Source of the DNA: Octopus sinensis
Taxonomy: Eukaryota
Assembly (NCBI RefSeq): GCF_006345805.1
Contig: NC_043001.1
Coordinates: forward strand, 77,252,001-77,316,000
DNA length: 64,000 nucleotides
Reading direction: 5' to 3'
The notes beneath the pieces were generated by a model. That model did no database searches. It had not been told where the DNA came from and worked only from the letters and a program-made list of their open reading frames with translations. The translations under genes and the position numbers were made by a program. Positions 39,341 to 53,039 of the stretch are shown piece after piece (within the stretch, counting starts at the first letter, position 1; each line of letters starts with the position of its first letter).

Positions 39341-40657
39341 AATATTATATAGAAGGTATGCTAGGTAGTTTTCAACGTTGTTTGATGGTGAGAACAATTC
39401 AAGTTTATACAGAGTTATAAGTTTTCAAGTTAACTGCCATGATGTAAATGTTCTTGAAGAGTTTATACAAATTAACTAAGGTTAACAATGAAGAAGCGAG
39501 AGAAAGTGCTAACAAGTTTATAGAAGTGTTACATTAACAATATAACATAATGAATGCTGTCAATAAACTGAGAATGTCTATAAGCCTATGAGACAGCTTA
39601 CATGTTTTCATTCAACTTACCGATGTACCAAGCATCCTTGTTTGGTAATTGGCGATTTTGACTCAGTGCTTTCTGAAGTCTTCTTGGTTGCTCTTGTGTG
39701 ATGCTGGCGTTAGGAATTTGCCGTTTGGCTTGAGTCATTTATAATTTCTCTTCTTTCTCACGGTATGTGTTACCTTCGATTCCTAGGCATGAGCTGATTG
39801 ATATATTATTTTGTCGAATTTTCACTGATCTCGATCTCTGTTGGCTTCGTTAACATTGTCACTTTGTTATATTTAAGATGATATCATACGAAGGCGTGTA
39901 GTTTATGGAGGCATAACATATAGTACATCCAGCGTTATTGTTTCTGTGCACCTTAATACCTGTGTCTTTGTTGATAACGATTTGTTGATGTCAAATTTCT
40001 ATACATACCATGAGTATTTTTGTCGATAGAGCCCTAAATAAACACATGAGAGTAATTTGAAGCATGGAAGCGATATAATGTTTTCAAAACAATACTTTAG
40101 AAAATACATTTTAGAGAAAGCATATTTTAGAGTTGTTACAGCTACCTAGTTTTGTGTGGTGATATAGGAAACATTATTACTGTTTATATTGAGTACAGGA
40201 GCAGTGTTGTTTTTTATGCGAGTGTAGCTAACAGTAATGTTATTTGTATTAAAAAATCTAATGAAAGCTAAGGTCTACGAAGAAATTCTTATTTATAAGT
40301 ATATACAATATTTCAGTACATATTGAACACTAGTAGCCTAAGTTCACAACGTGAAACTAAGTTTAATAATCTGAATGAGTGTTATTCTCTGACTAATCTT
40401 AAAAAAATAAAATCATACAAATCTAACTTAATAATACAAATTAGAGCAGCACGCGATGTCGAATTATTTACTTGCCCAAACTTTTTGTATTTGCAAAGGA
40501 AAATCCATAATTTGCTATTTAGCAAAATTAAAAGTTAAAAGTAGCATTATATCTTTTCATCATTAACAATTAAATAAACTGTAAAATCGAACAGTTTAAT
40601 ATCAAACTATTTAATAAGCAATTCGCCATGAATAAATGAAAGAGTGTAGCCAATTAA

Positions 40658-40700
<43 letters not shown>

Positions 40701-40848
40701 ATATATATATATATATATATATATGATGAATACAAATATACATAGTCGACATTTAATGATTTAGATAATTATGTGTTTATATTAACATACATATATAGAA
40801 AATTGCATATATATATATATACACACACACATTTCTCTCTGTCTCTCC

Positions 40849-40882
<34 letters not shown>

Positions 40883-41377
40883 TGATACATATATATATAT
40901 ATATATTCTAACGACTTGCCGATCGATTAGTATCAATTACTTGAATTACTTGATACGTATTAATTTAAATAATCATATGTATTTATATGTATACATATAT
41001 ATCTAATTATATACGTATATGCGTATATTTATATATATATATATATATGTACAGACACACACACAACACACTTACACATACACATAAATAAGTGTCTTAG
41101 AACATATACTGCATGGAAGTAATTGCTGCAATTCAATGTTGCGTAAACATTATTTTTAGGAAAGTTCAGTCGTTGCAACAGCAACAATAACAATTATATC
41201 AACGAAACTTCAATGGTACCAACGACATCATCACCATCAAGAACATCAACAACAAAAGCAAAAAGAACCTCAACATATACAGTAGTACGAATATATTATA
41301 TAATGCCTTATACAAAGAAAAAAGAGAAAAGAAGAAAAATTCAAATATAATTCTCGCAAGAGATAATAATAATTCTT

Positions 41378-41745
41378 TCTCCTATGGGTACGAAGCCTGA
41401 AATTTTCGGAGAGGGGCGAGTCGATTACATTCATCCTAGTGCTCATCTGGTACTTAATTCATTGATCCTGTAAAATGATAGGCAAATACAACCTCGGTGG
41501 CGTTTGAACTCACAACGTAAAGCTAGAAGAAATACCAATTTCTTTACTAGCCACAAGGGACTAAACACAGAGAGGACAAACAAGGACAGACAAATGGATT
41601 AAGTCGATTATATCGACCCCAGTGCGGAACTGGTAGTTATTTAATCGACCCCGAAAGGAGGAAAGGCAAAGTCGACCTTGGCGGAATTTGAACTAAATAC
41701 CGCTAACATTTTGTCCAGAGCGGTAACTATTCTGCCAGCTTGCTG
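41378..41745 (-). mobile_element. Two abutting SINE family B copies
   Basis: The GTCGATTA...CTGGTA block occurs at ~41420 and ~41603. Confidence 0.8.
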
Positions 41746-41749
41746 CTTG

Positions 41750-42400
41750 TGAGGAATTATGGACATGGTCGTGAAAAGTCCCAATCAGTATGTTAACGAA
41801 AGCACTGAAGAACTGCTAGAAGTGTAAGCAATGCAAACATGCTAGAAGGATAAACTGAAAAGGAAGTACTTGAAAAGAGAAAGCAAAGTTATATGGAGAA
41901 ACATTTACATCAACAGAGAAAGGGAATTCTCACAAAAAAAAAGAGGATAGGTCATGATAACTCAGGATCAGGATCCCCGGAAAAATAGGGTAAAATGTAA
42001 GAAGGGAGTCAACGTATCACCATTGTTTAGGGTGGTCGATGAACCTGAAGAAACAGTAACCTACACTGTATTCGAATGTTCCAAACTCACACAGAAAATA
42101 GTAATAATCTTGGAGATATGATAACGTTGCAAAGATTACCCACTCGGAAATGTGTAAGACTTACATCAGGACAGAATTGGTATGAACATGTTCCTGAAAT
42201 GAGAGAGAATGAAGAGGTTAAATTTCTTTGGAACTTTCTGATCCAAACGGATCACGCCCTAGAGCATAACAGACCAGATATCTTGATGTTTGAGAAGTAA
42301 TGGAGTTGCTACATAATTGCTGTGATCTGTCCATTTGATTTAAGAATAAAAGAAAAACGAATCAACAAAGTAGGCATTTAACAAAACCGAGGTAAGAAGA
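41750..42400 (+). mobile_element. R4/Dong-like LINE fragment with restriction-like endonuclease region
   Basis: WYEHVPEMRENEEVKFLWNFLIQTDHALEHNRPDILMFEK...CPFD fits the RLE motif (W.H.P...EN....LWD..IQTD.....RPD). Confidence 0.85.
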
Positions 42401-42419
42401 TTATGGTATTTCGTCCATC

Positions 42420-42755
42420 TTTATGTTGTCAGTTCTAGTCCCGCCGCTGTCGACTTTACTGTCATTCTTTCAGGATCGGTAAAATAAGTACCAGTTGATC
42501 ATTGGGATCGATGTAATCGACTTACACTCTCACTCCAAATTAAATATATGAAACTAAAAGCAGCGAGATGGCAGGTCGTCAGCATTTCGGACAAAACGCT
42601 AAGCAGCATTTCTTTTGTCTTTACGTTCTCAGTTCAAATTCGGCTGAGGACGAATTTACCTTTCCTCCTTTCCGGATCGATAAAATACATACCAGTTGAA
42701 CACTGGGGTTGATGTAATCGACATGTCCCCTCCCCACTAATAGGTAAACTTGTGT
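42420..42755 (+). mobile_element. Two diverged SINE family B copies
   Basis: GTCGACTTT...AAAATAAGTACCAGTTG and GGACGAATTTACCTTTCCTCCTTTCCGGATCGATAAAAT blocks. Confidence 0.75.
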
Positions 42756-42768
42756 CAAAATTCTTCTT

Positions 42769-42799
<31 letters not shown>

Positions 42800-42802
42800 T
42801 TA

Positions 42803-42845
<43 letters not shown>

Positions 42846-42846
42846 G

Positions 42847-42908
<62 letters not shown>

Positions 42909-43151
42909 ACTCGTACAAGCTAGACGCTCGTAATCTCGTTAGTAAGTCTATTTGTTTGTTTACAGTTTCATCAGTTGTTAATTTGTTATGTAATAATTGT
43001 TAAGGCCACTAGGACAACACAGTCCCGGTCTGTTTGTTTTTCGCATCTTTGGAGCACAAATCTGAAAAGAAAATTTCAAATTTCCTTTGTGAAAATGATT
43101 AAAAAAAGCAAAACAAAAAAACTACGACGTTGGCTGTCACAAACCACCGAA

Positions 43152-43866
43152 ATGGAGGGAGAAGTGAGAGAAAGCGCTAAAAGAGATTTGCAACACGCTT
43201 CCGAGTCTTTCAAGTCTTTCAAGCTCATCCTACTCACAGAATGGGAGGCGAACTATTCTAAGGTTCGAAGTCCGAAATACTGCACCATTACTATCTCAGC
43301 AAATAGCAGGAACAGTATCAAGAACAAAAATAATAACAGCAACTGCGTCGCAGCAGCAGCAGCAGCAGCGGTAATAGTAGGAAGGTGACAGCTATATATT
43401 TAATTGCACAAGCAGCAGCATCATCAACAACAACAACAACAACAACAATGGTAAAAGCAATAGCAGCAACAACAATAAAAGAGACAGCGGCAGCGGTGAA
43501 AGCGATGATGACATTAACAGTGACAAGAACAACATGAATAACGAGGACAATAAACGAAGTGGCGGTGGCAACTCTGCATGCAGACAATCTTTTGAAGTGC
43601 TGGTAACAAAATTAATGCAGTATTTCTTCATCTTTTCTAAACGACAAGAACGAATCTGTGAAGAAGCGAAACAACTTGTGATGCTGAATGGGAAGAATGC
43701 ACATATTGCCTTCCTAGACGAGGTCGTGGCAGCAACTGCTAGGAAAATTGTCGCGTATTGCTGTGTGCCGGCTAAGACCCGACACTTAGAAGTACTGACA
43801 CGTCCAGGTGTAAAAATCCCTGAAAAAATATGGACAGACATTTATCATGTAACGAGTGCGAGATAG
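43152..43866 (+). CDS. Candidate orphan protein (~237 aa) with one 1-nt frameshift at ~43383; product unknown
   Basis: GAAATGG start; 77 codons in one frame, then 160 stop-free codons in the +1 frame to TAG 43864-43866. Complex N- and C-terminal blocks flank an N/S/D-rich linker. Confidence 0.45.
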
Positions 43867-43867
43867 T

Positions 43868-44412
43868 TATTGAGTGAGAGAGCAGAGCATGCCATCAAAG
43901 AGACACTGGGATAAAATATACGAAGCCCAGTATACCCATCACGACTTCCCGACTGATAAGGGTACACCAGGCACATGCATTACAACCATATGTGCGTGAC
44001 ATGGTGATCTTATATCAAGATAAATAGTACATGAGCTTGCAGGTGGGGCCCAGTTAGAATTTTCTTCAGGTCGAGAAGCCCATCCCGCTCAAACGATCCC
44101 TGAATAAGGGTTGCTTAAGGATGTTGAACGAAACAGCCATGATTCCAAAGGTGAATTATCTAATCCCCAAAGAAATTCCACTCGGCATATGGCTATGATG
44201 ACACTATTACTTTTGCTCGTGATCAGAAATGCACAACTCGTAAGCCATTAAGGGACATACTCAACTGGGTAAGGTCAAACAACTGACAGGCAAATATGTA
44301 GTATTGAGCAGAATATATGCTGTACCAAGACAAAACAATGTACATGATAACACTTCCAATCAGTTAAGATCAGAAGCCATGTGAACCACTGCCTATTACT
44401 GCATCAGGGTAT
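43868..44412 (-). mobile_element. Family E element, longest copy (~545 bp)
   Basis: Homologous to 11905-12244 and 48135-48555; its 5' end abuts a TAC/TTA trinucleotide tract. Confidence 0.85.
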
Positions 44413-44434
44413 TTATTACTACTACTACTACTAC

Positions 44435-44468
<34 letters not shown>

Positions 44469-44474
44469 ACTACT

Positions 44475-44513
<39 letters not shown>

Positions 44514-44525
44514 TTGTTGTTGCTG

Positions 44526-44569
<44 letters not shown>

Positions 44570-45207
44570 ATTGTTATTATTATTATTATCATTACCGCCG
44601 CCTTAGTAGAAACTGATGGATAAAGAAATCAAACTACATAAACAAACGGTGGCAAAACCGTTCAGAAATTAAATGACACTGACATACTTTTATAATATAT
44701 ATATATATTATACATACATATACTATACATACTTATTAACACTTTACAGTATACTTACATATATACATACATCTATACATCGATATAAAACAACAGGAAT
44801 ACTAAAGGAAGGCCGAAGTTTAAGAGAAGAGAAAACCAAAAGGTCTTATGCTATTCATTTAAACATTCCTGAGTAGAGCTTATTATTATTACCTCCGCCT
44901 TTGAAACTATTTTGAATAGTGAATATATTAACTTTGGCTTGTATTAGATAAGTATAAACTCTTTATTACTGTCACAAATTTTTTAAAAATCACCTTCACC
45001 TTCCATGATTACCATTGGGATCGATCAGGTACCGGACAAGGATTCTGGATTATTTTTCCGGTTTTGTTTACTTAACTTTTGAGAGTGGTCGGGTTCATTT
45101 TTAATATTTTCGTTCGTGAGGGGACGTTGGTGTTGCCTTGGTGGAAGTTTGCGCTTTCTGAGTGCTGTTGTTGTTGTTGTTGTTGTGTTGTTGTTGTTAT
45201 TATTATC

Positions 45208-45244
<37 letters not shown>

Positions 45245-45367
45245 CTGTTGTTATAATAATAATAATTATAATTATTATCATTATTATGATTATCATATTT
45301 ATTACTAGTACTACTAGTAGCATCTGGACGACGTTGATGAGCAAGTTCAGTTATTTTGATACTAATT

Positions 45368-45870
45368 GGTAAGAACAAAAACCTTGGAAAATCTATTTAC
45401 AAATACTTGCATCTCTTCCATAGAAAGAGCACCGATTTCACAATTATTTGCAGAACGTTGTTCACATATCATTTCCAGCTTAGCTTTAGCCTTGGAATTA
45501 AATCTTTCTGTACTGAATAGATTTACGCTAAAATGAAGCTGGACATTTACATCATAATCTCATTAAGCATCAGAGAGAAGAGAGCAAATAACACAGGAGC
45601 GAAAACGTAGCCTGTTTAGTTTCATATGATACATAGGAAGGATCACAACATTGGCCTTCAGAAATTAGATTTGTCATCGTCATGGACGAAGATAATGACG
45701 TTTTCCATCATATCTGGAATATCCACTTTTGTTAGAACTTTCCATAATGCCTCTCCGGATACGATATCAAACCATTTTGTATCTATAACGACCATGTAGA
45801 GAGTTCCACAATCTGTAAATGAGCTTTATCCTGAATTTGTCTTCATGAAAGATTTATATCGACTGTCCCA
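45368..45870 (-). mobile_element. RTE-clade LINE reverse transcriptase fragment (decayed)
   Basis: With frameshifts: GTVDI...RQIQDK...LYMVVIDTKWFDIVSGEALWKVL...HD......KQ..VFAPVLFALF...SMEEMQVFVNRFSK, matching RTE/BovB RT (TVDMIF.LRQ.QEK...FIDL.KAFD.V.R..LW..L...KQGCVLAP.LF). Confidence 0.8.
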
Positions 45871-46299
45871 CGTTCAGTTCGAAAGCTACATTGGGACTGA
45901 AGATATATGAAACTAGATTTGAAGATACGTGGAACTAGATATATGTTGATTCTAAAAGATATTATATATGAAATTAGATATATGTCGATTCTTTTCAAGA
46001 TTTAATATATAATAAATGAAACGAGATATGTGATTGAAGATATATGAAACTAGGTATGTGCCGAGTCTACGATTATTTAAAATAACACAGACAGGGATTT
46101 TCCTTGCATTTTAGAGAAGTGTATTTATACATTGGCTGTCGCATTGATTTTATTCTTAATTTTCATTTAAGTGAACGATGGAAACATCCTTAATAATATT
46201 GGAGAACCGTACTACACATTTCAGAGCATAAAAAGAGGTTAATAAACTTTTGTATCGATGTTAATTACTTAAACACTTTCCTCCCCATGGAATATAGAC

Positions 46300-46620
46300 C
46301 ATCGACAGCTTTTCTCCCCTATTCTCGATTCTACTCCTTTCCAGTTGGATCCCGACTTTTTTCAGCTTTATTCCGCTATTCCGCCTCCAGCTCTACTTAG
46401 GGTGTCTTCTCTCTGTCTCCCTTGCGGGTTCCAGGTTAGTACCTGATGTGTAAAACAGGATATAGATTTCCTTAAGGCGTTTTGGATTTGTTGCACTGCA
46501 TCAAATGTTTCTTTGAGTGAAGGCATTCTCACAGGTCTTGTGGATTTAAATTCCCATCAATGTTTCTGTAACTGCTTTTATCTAGGTAGGGATATTGGCC
46601 CAAGAAAAGCACAGGTTTAA
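46300..46620 (-). mobile_element. RTE-clade LINE 3' coding fragment
   Basis: Minus strand LRKSISCFTHQVLTWNPQG...PK*SWRR resembles the RTE C-terminal ALxWNPQGKRxRGRPKxTWRR motif. Confidence 0.7.
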
Positions 46621-46814
46621 TATGTGTCCATATTAGCCTGGGAGCTTACTGCTCTGTTTCAAGGACACTCTAAAAACCTGAAAACATGGGAATTGTAAGC
46701 ACTGAATAGAGCTCAGTGAAGCTTTTGCTACGAAGCCATCTCTGACGTTAAGCTTCATTGCTGATTGACCTGCACAAACGATTTGTTTATAATGATCATA
46801 TGTTCGTGCTGTAA

Positions 46815-46992
46815 ACATTATTAGCTCGCCAGAACAGGTGCACCGTGTGCCATACGTCTGGTGTCGAAGTGATCGCAGAGCAAAGGGAAATTAAGTATTT
46901 TGCTCAAGAGCGCAACGCACAGCCCAGTCTAGGAACCGAAATCACGATCGCTAGATCGTGAGTGCAACATTCTAACCACTAAGCCATGCGCC
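46815..46992 (-). mobile_element. SINE family D, head half
   Basis: TGCTCAAGAGCGCAACGC...ACGATCG...CTAACCACTAAGCCATGCGCC. Confidence 0.75.
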
Positions 46993-47024
<32 letters not shown>

Positions 47025-47510
47025 CCCTCTTTCTCCCTCTCTCTCCTTCACACACATTATTGACGTCATATGAATTTATAAACTTTCGAAGGAAGATGAA
47101 ATAATTTTTTTTTGGAATTATATCTCGAAGTACATATTAAGCTATAAATAATAACGTAAACATTAGGTTGAGAAACCCTTTTGCATAGAAAAAGACTGGC
47201 GCCATTATTTATGGCTTCATCAACTCCTAGTTCTATTGCTGAAAAATGATTTATTTCATATCTCTCATAGATTCAGCATTTCTATGACGTAAATACCAAA
47301 AGTTTCTCGCTGGTAAAAATAAAAATTCTAAAATGGATAGAGGAAATTTGAAGAGATGCTTTGATAAAATGTTGCAACGTCTATCATGTTTACAGAAGGT
47401 GTGGGTTCAACAGAGACAGCCACCGACGTTTTCCACCCAAGTCGATTTTTATTCCAGCCTTCTGAATTCTATCTTTAAAAACGATGTAAGTATATATATA
47501 TATTATATAT

Positions 47511-47612
<102 letters not shown>

Positions 47613-48134
47613 AATATATATACAGAAGTATCATTATTTCTAAATCTCTCTAAAGGAGACTACGGCAGCGGTACTGCTGGGTTCGGCTACTCCACATTGA
47701 TAAGAGGCAACTATCTCGAAACTTGTCTGTGGGTGCTAGACCAGCAAGGGGAAGCTGCTGACCTCACCTGTTCGAAGGTTATAATGGACACAGGTTTGTG
47801 TGTCATATAGCTAGCTAGAGGCGATGGACTCTTGGAGATAATTAACGGCAGCATTCGTCCTATTTTTCTGGACTGCCATGTTAGCTTGGCGATAACTATC
47901 AAGATATATATATATATATATATATATATTCCACATACACACGCATACATCTTGACTGGCAGCTTCACTAGCAACTCGGTAAACTCGGCGGATTTTGAAG
48001 TAAATGCATTCTATCTTGTTTCAACATTTCTTTGACAAACTGAGAACACTAACAGCATCGAACTTGTCGTCGTCGTTGCCATCATCATCATCATCAGCAG
48101 CAGCACCAGCAAGGATAACGCTATCCTCCTTCTC

Positions 48135-48555
48135 GTATACCCATCAAGACTACCCGACTGACAATGATACACCAAGCACATGCACCACAACCATATGTGC
48201 GCGACATGGTGCTCTCAAGAGAAACAATGCAAGACCTTGCAGATGGGGCCCAGCTAGAATTTTCTTCAGGTAGAGTAGTCCATCACGTTGGGATGGGCCG
48301 GTGTAGAACGTCTCTGAACAAGGCTTGTTTAAGGATATGTTTTCAGAGGTGAATATTTCAAACCCCAAAGAATTCCTCTCAACACATGGCTATGATGCCC
48401 CACACTACTTCTACTCGCATTCAGAGATGCACGTGAGAGATTGAGCAGCTCTGAGGGATTGAGCAGAATTGTTGCTGTAGCCCATCTTTTATATCAAGAC
48501 AAAACATGTACATGATAACACTTCCAGTCTATTAAGATCAGAAGCCATGAAAGCC
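48135..48555 (-). mobile_element. Family E element, diverged
   Basis: CAACCATATGTGCG...GGGCCCAGCTAGAATTTTCTTCAGG...CATGATAACACTTCCAG...GATCAGAAGCCATG. Confidence 0.8.
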
Positions 48556-48559
48556 ACCT

Positions 48560-48815
48560 TTCATGTTATACATCGCTAGTCACAATGTGATTTGCAGTAT
48601 TCTTTTAGCTTTCGAATGATGACATTCTCCTGGCTAGGCAAGCAGGCCAACATCACCAATTGCAAGATTAGTCCATCGCAGAGTTACACATTTACAGTTG
48701 AGTAAACAGGAACAACACGAAAGGAAGTGTTTTGCTCAAGAACACAACGCACTACCCAGACCAGAAATCGAACCCTCGATCGTGAATGCAACCTCTTAAC
48801 CACTAAGCTACGCAC
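48560..48815 (-). mobile_element. SINE family C tail fragment followed by a family D head fragment
   Basis: ACATCGCTAGTCACAATG...GCAGGCCAAC (C); TGCTCAAGAACACAACGC...CTCTTAACCACTAAGC (D). Confidence 0.7.
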
Positions 48816-48897
48816 CTTCATATATCTACACAAACGCGCGCATATATACATAAACATATATACACATACATGTGTAACTATATGCGAGTACTTGTGC

Positions 48898-48943
<46 letters not shown>

Positions 48944-49134
48944 GTATATCTATATATATAATTATATACATACATTTTTGCATATATATAGATTTTTACA
49001 AACATAATGACGCACACATTAATAATCTATATATCTATATATATACACAATTACATTTATATATATATATATAGTTATATAAATACATGTATATTTATAT
49101 ATATATGTACTATACACACACACGTATATATATA

Positions 49135-49187
<53 letters not shown>

Positions 49188-49529
49188 TATATATATACAC
49201 ACGCCAAACATAAAGACGTACACATTAATTTTTCTCTATCTCTGTCTCCCAATTTGCTTATTTTCTAGTTAATTAAATTAAAAAAGATAATTGATCATAC
49301 AGAGACAATAACTGTGTTTATTCCTATTATTTTGTTATGTGTATTTGTTCTCAAACCTTGTGCAATATATCTAGTATTAATAAAATACTCTTCTGATCTA
49401 TTTTACTTGTTTTATTTTCCTTTCTTTCCGCTGCTTTCTGCTGTCTACTTATAATCTCTTTCATCTTTCTCTGCCTATTTATTTACATATTTGCAATCTA
49501 ATTCCTTAATTCTGAACACCGCAACTTGC

Positions 49530-50096
49530 ACAAACATTTTGTTGTTGCATTTTGTCATTGTTATTCTTGTTTTTTTTTATCATCGTTGCTATGTTTGTTG
49601 CTATTGTTGTTGCCGGTTAATTATTTTTGTTGTTATTGCTATCATCCTGGTTGCTATTGTTGTCGTTGTTGTTATTATTATTGTTCTTGCCATTGTTGTT
49701 GCTTTTGTTCTTGTTCTGGCCGGCATTGTTGCTATTAATGCTATCATTGTTGTCAATTACAGTGTTGTTCTTGTTGCCACTGCTGTTGTTGCTATTGTGT
49801 TTGTTGTTATTGTGGTTGCTATTGCAGCAGATATTGTTGCTGCTATCGCTATTGTTATTACTGTTGCTATTGTTATTGTTGCCATTCTTGTTGTTGTTGT
49901 TGTTGTTGCCATTGTTCTTGTTGTTATTAATGCTGCTGCTATTGTTGTTGTTGTTGCTAGTGCTATTACAATCATATTGTTGTTTTTGTTGTTGGTGTTG
50001 CTTTTGAAATAGAGTTGCAGGACGCTGTCTCTTCGTTCTTGATGTAGCTGTTTCCCAAGAAAGATTTGGTAATGATGGCGATAATGGCCATTAGTA

Positions 50097-50127
<31 letters not shown>

Positions 50128-50495
50128 CGCTGGTTGTGGTGGTGCTCATGTTGTTGCTGATGTAATAAATGCAAGATGGGGAAGGTGATAACATAATAGT
50201 GATGATTATGATGATGCTGTTGCTGCTGCTGCTGCCAATGATGATGATCATGTCGATGGTGGTGGTGGTGATGATGCTGATGATGATGATGCTGATGCTG
50301 ATGATGATGATGATGCTGATGATGATGATGGTTATGCTAATGATGGCGAACGTGATGTTCATGAGTTGGTGATGGTGAAGTAGATGATAATGATGATGAT
50401 GATGGTGATGATGATGAAGATGTTGCTGTAAATGTTATTACTCACGGTGGTGGTGGGGATGATGGTGATGACGATGATGGTGATGAGAATGATGC

Positions 50496-50527
<32 letters not shown>

Positions 50528-50878
50528 ATGATGGTAGTCATGGTGGTGACAACGATGGCAGTGGTGATGGTGATGGAGATGTTTTGATAAAATTTTTCTT
50601 GCATCGTTCCTTCCTTTCTTCAACTTTAACTTATTCAGTTTAATGTTTCTGTTTGTTAATTCATATTTAATAACAATATCACCATAACAACAGCAACAAA
50701 AACAATAGTGACAACAACAACAAAAAAGCGAAAACATCACCCCTTCTCCACGACCATCACCACCGACAAAAACCACATCGTTATTTTGATTGCATCTCAT
50801 ATTGTTTCCTTTTTTTTGTTCATACTCTTGTCCTTTTCTCCTTTTCTTTCTTTTGATCAATTTTGTTCTTGCTGCTTC

Positions 50879-50915
<37 letters not shown>

Positions 50916-51621
50916 ATACTAGTAGCACTTGTTGTTGTTGCTGTTCTTAATATAAATTGTTATTTTATAATATATAACTATTATGATCATGGTCGTTCAA
51001 TTTTTACGTGCTATTATTCCTGCAATGACACTTGTTCAATCACAATCAAGATCATCATCGCCACACCACCATCACCACCACCAAACCACCACCACCACCA
51101 TTACCACCATTACCATCATCATCATCATCATCACCGTCATCTTCATCATCGCCGCCGCCATCACCATCGCCACCACCATCAGCACCACCAGCACCACCAG
51201 CACCATCATTCTAATCACTGTCATCGTCATCGTCATCCTCGCCCCGCCACCGTCGCCATAGTTGTCGTCTTCATCATTATCCCCTCCATCAAAACCACCA
51301 CCACTACCACCACCGCTAAAATCATCTTCATCGTCATCATCATCATCAACATCACTACCACCACCTCAACCACGATCTCCACCAGTAACATCAGCACCAC
51401 CACGAAAACCACGAAAACCACCACCACCATCACCACCACTATCATCATCGTAGTCATCATTGTTGTCGCCTTCATCATCACCACCATCACCACCATCACA
51501 ACCACCACCACCACCAAAATTACCATTTCCAGCAACAGAAGCATCACCGACAAAACGAACATCACCAACATACTCATCACTACCACCACCACCACCACCA
51601 CCACCACCACCACCACACCAC

Positions 51622-51668
<47 letters not shown>

Positions 51669-51690
51669 CCACCACCACCATCATCAATAA
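49530..51690. repeat. Mosaic trinucleotide low-complexity region (GTT/GCT, GAT/GGT, CAA, GTA, CAC/CAT)
   Basis: Directly visible; produces long homopolymeric ORFs in several frames. Confidence 0.93.
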
Positions 51691-51904
51691 TCTCCCATCA
51701 GTTCCTCTTGTTTATTAATTAAGATGCTCATCAAAATGACAAGTAATTAAGTAGGTAATACAGTTTTCATTGCGGAACTTTAATTATCTTTATTATTGTT
51801 CTTGTAATTATTGTTGTAATTTTTCTTATTCAGGTTGTTTTCATAATTTACCTTTATGTTTATCTTTTAGCTTCATTTCATACGTTTTATTCGTTATGGT
51901 CTTT

Positions 51905-52310
51905 GGAAAGCGGTCATGCTGGAGCAACGCTTTGAAAGGTTTATTCTAAAAAACAAATCGACTCCCAGTGCTTATTTTTGAAATCTGGTACTTATTCGAT
52001 CGGCGTCTTTTACCGAACAGCTAGATTACAGGGACGTAAACAAACCAACGTATGTTGTAATGCGGTGGTAGTGGTGATGGTGGGGGTTTGGACAAACGCA
52101 ATACAAATACAGAAGACACACAAACATAGATAGCCACTCATACATATGCATATACACAAGCTTCTTTCAGTTTCCGTCTGTCAAATCTTCTCAAAAGGTC
52201 TTTTTGGTCGGCCGGGGCTATAGGAGAAGACAGTTGCCCAAAGTGCCGCACAGCAGAACGGAACTCAAGATAAAATAGATAGGAAGCATGCTTCATATCT
52301 ACACAACCGC
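51905..52310 (-). mobile_element. SINE family A, diverged
   Basis: GCGGTCATGCTGGAGCAAC tail; GCTTCTTTCAGTTTCCGTCT body. Confidence 0.75.
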
Positions 52311-52398
52311 ACCTGCGTCTGTTAAAAGAAATTAAATTTACATGGTCATTCAATTTTTCCTACAATGACTCTTGTTCAATCACTATCAAGATCTTCAT

Positions 52399-52770
52399 TA
52401 AGGCTGCGAGCTGGCAGAAACGTTAGCACACCGGGAGAAATGCTTAGCGGTATTTCGTCTACCGTTACGTTCTGATTTCAAATTCCGCCGAGGTCGACTT
52501 TGCTTTTCATCCTTTCGGGGTCGATAAAATAAGTACCAGTTACACACTGGCGTCGATGTAATCGACTTAATCCGTTTGGCTGTCCTTGTTTGTCCTCTCT
52601 GTTTAGCCTCTTGTGGGTAGTAAAGAAATAGGTATTTTCGACTTTGCCTTTCATCCTTTCAGGTTCGATAAATTAAGTACCAGTTATGCACTGGTGTCGA
52701 TGTAATCGATTTAATCCCTTTGTCTGTCCTTGTTTGTTCCCTCTGTGGTTAGCCCCTTGTGGGCAAAACA
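52399..52770 (+). mobile_element. SINE family B, full copy plus tandem 3' duplicate
   Basis: Head AAGGCTGCGAGCTGGCAGAAACG; TCGACTTTGC(C/T)TTTCATCC at ~52495 and ~52638. Confidence 0.88.
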
Positions 52771-53039
52771 AAAATAAGAAATTAAATTTACAAAACAAAA
52801 ACAGAGAATCTTGGTTGTGGCTGCAAACAGGTCACCTCTTTGGAAAGGTAGGTTCTTGTGATCAACGTAGTTGCTGTTGTCTTCTTCTTCTTCTTCTTCT
52901 TCTTCTTCTTTCAATCAGGACTCACGCCATTAGCTACAAAGAATAACTTCTAATTCGAGCCTACTCTAAGCTACTAAGAATGCGTGTTGCAACTTGAAAA
53001 TCCACCCACCACACGCGATAGACTGGCGGTTGCACGGGC

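Noticed and set aside
50790-51722. 310-aa ORF, the longest in the window
   Set aside because: Entirely CAC/CAT/GTA trinucleotide repeats, with several frames open at once.
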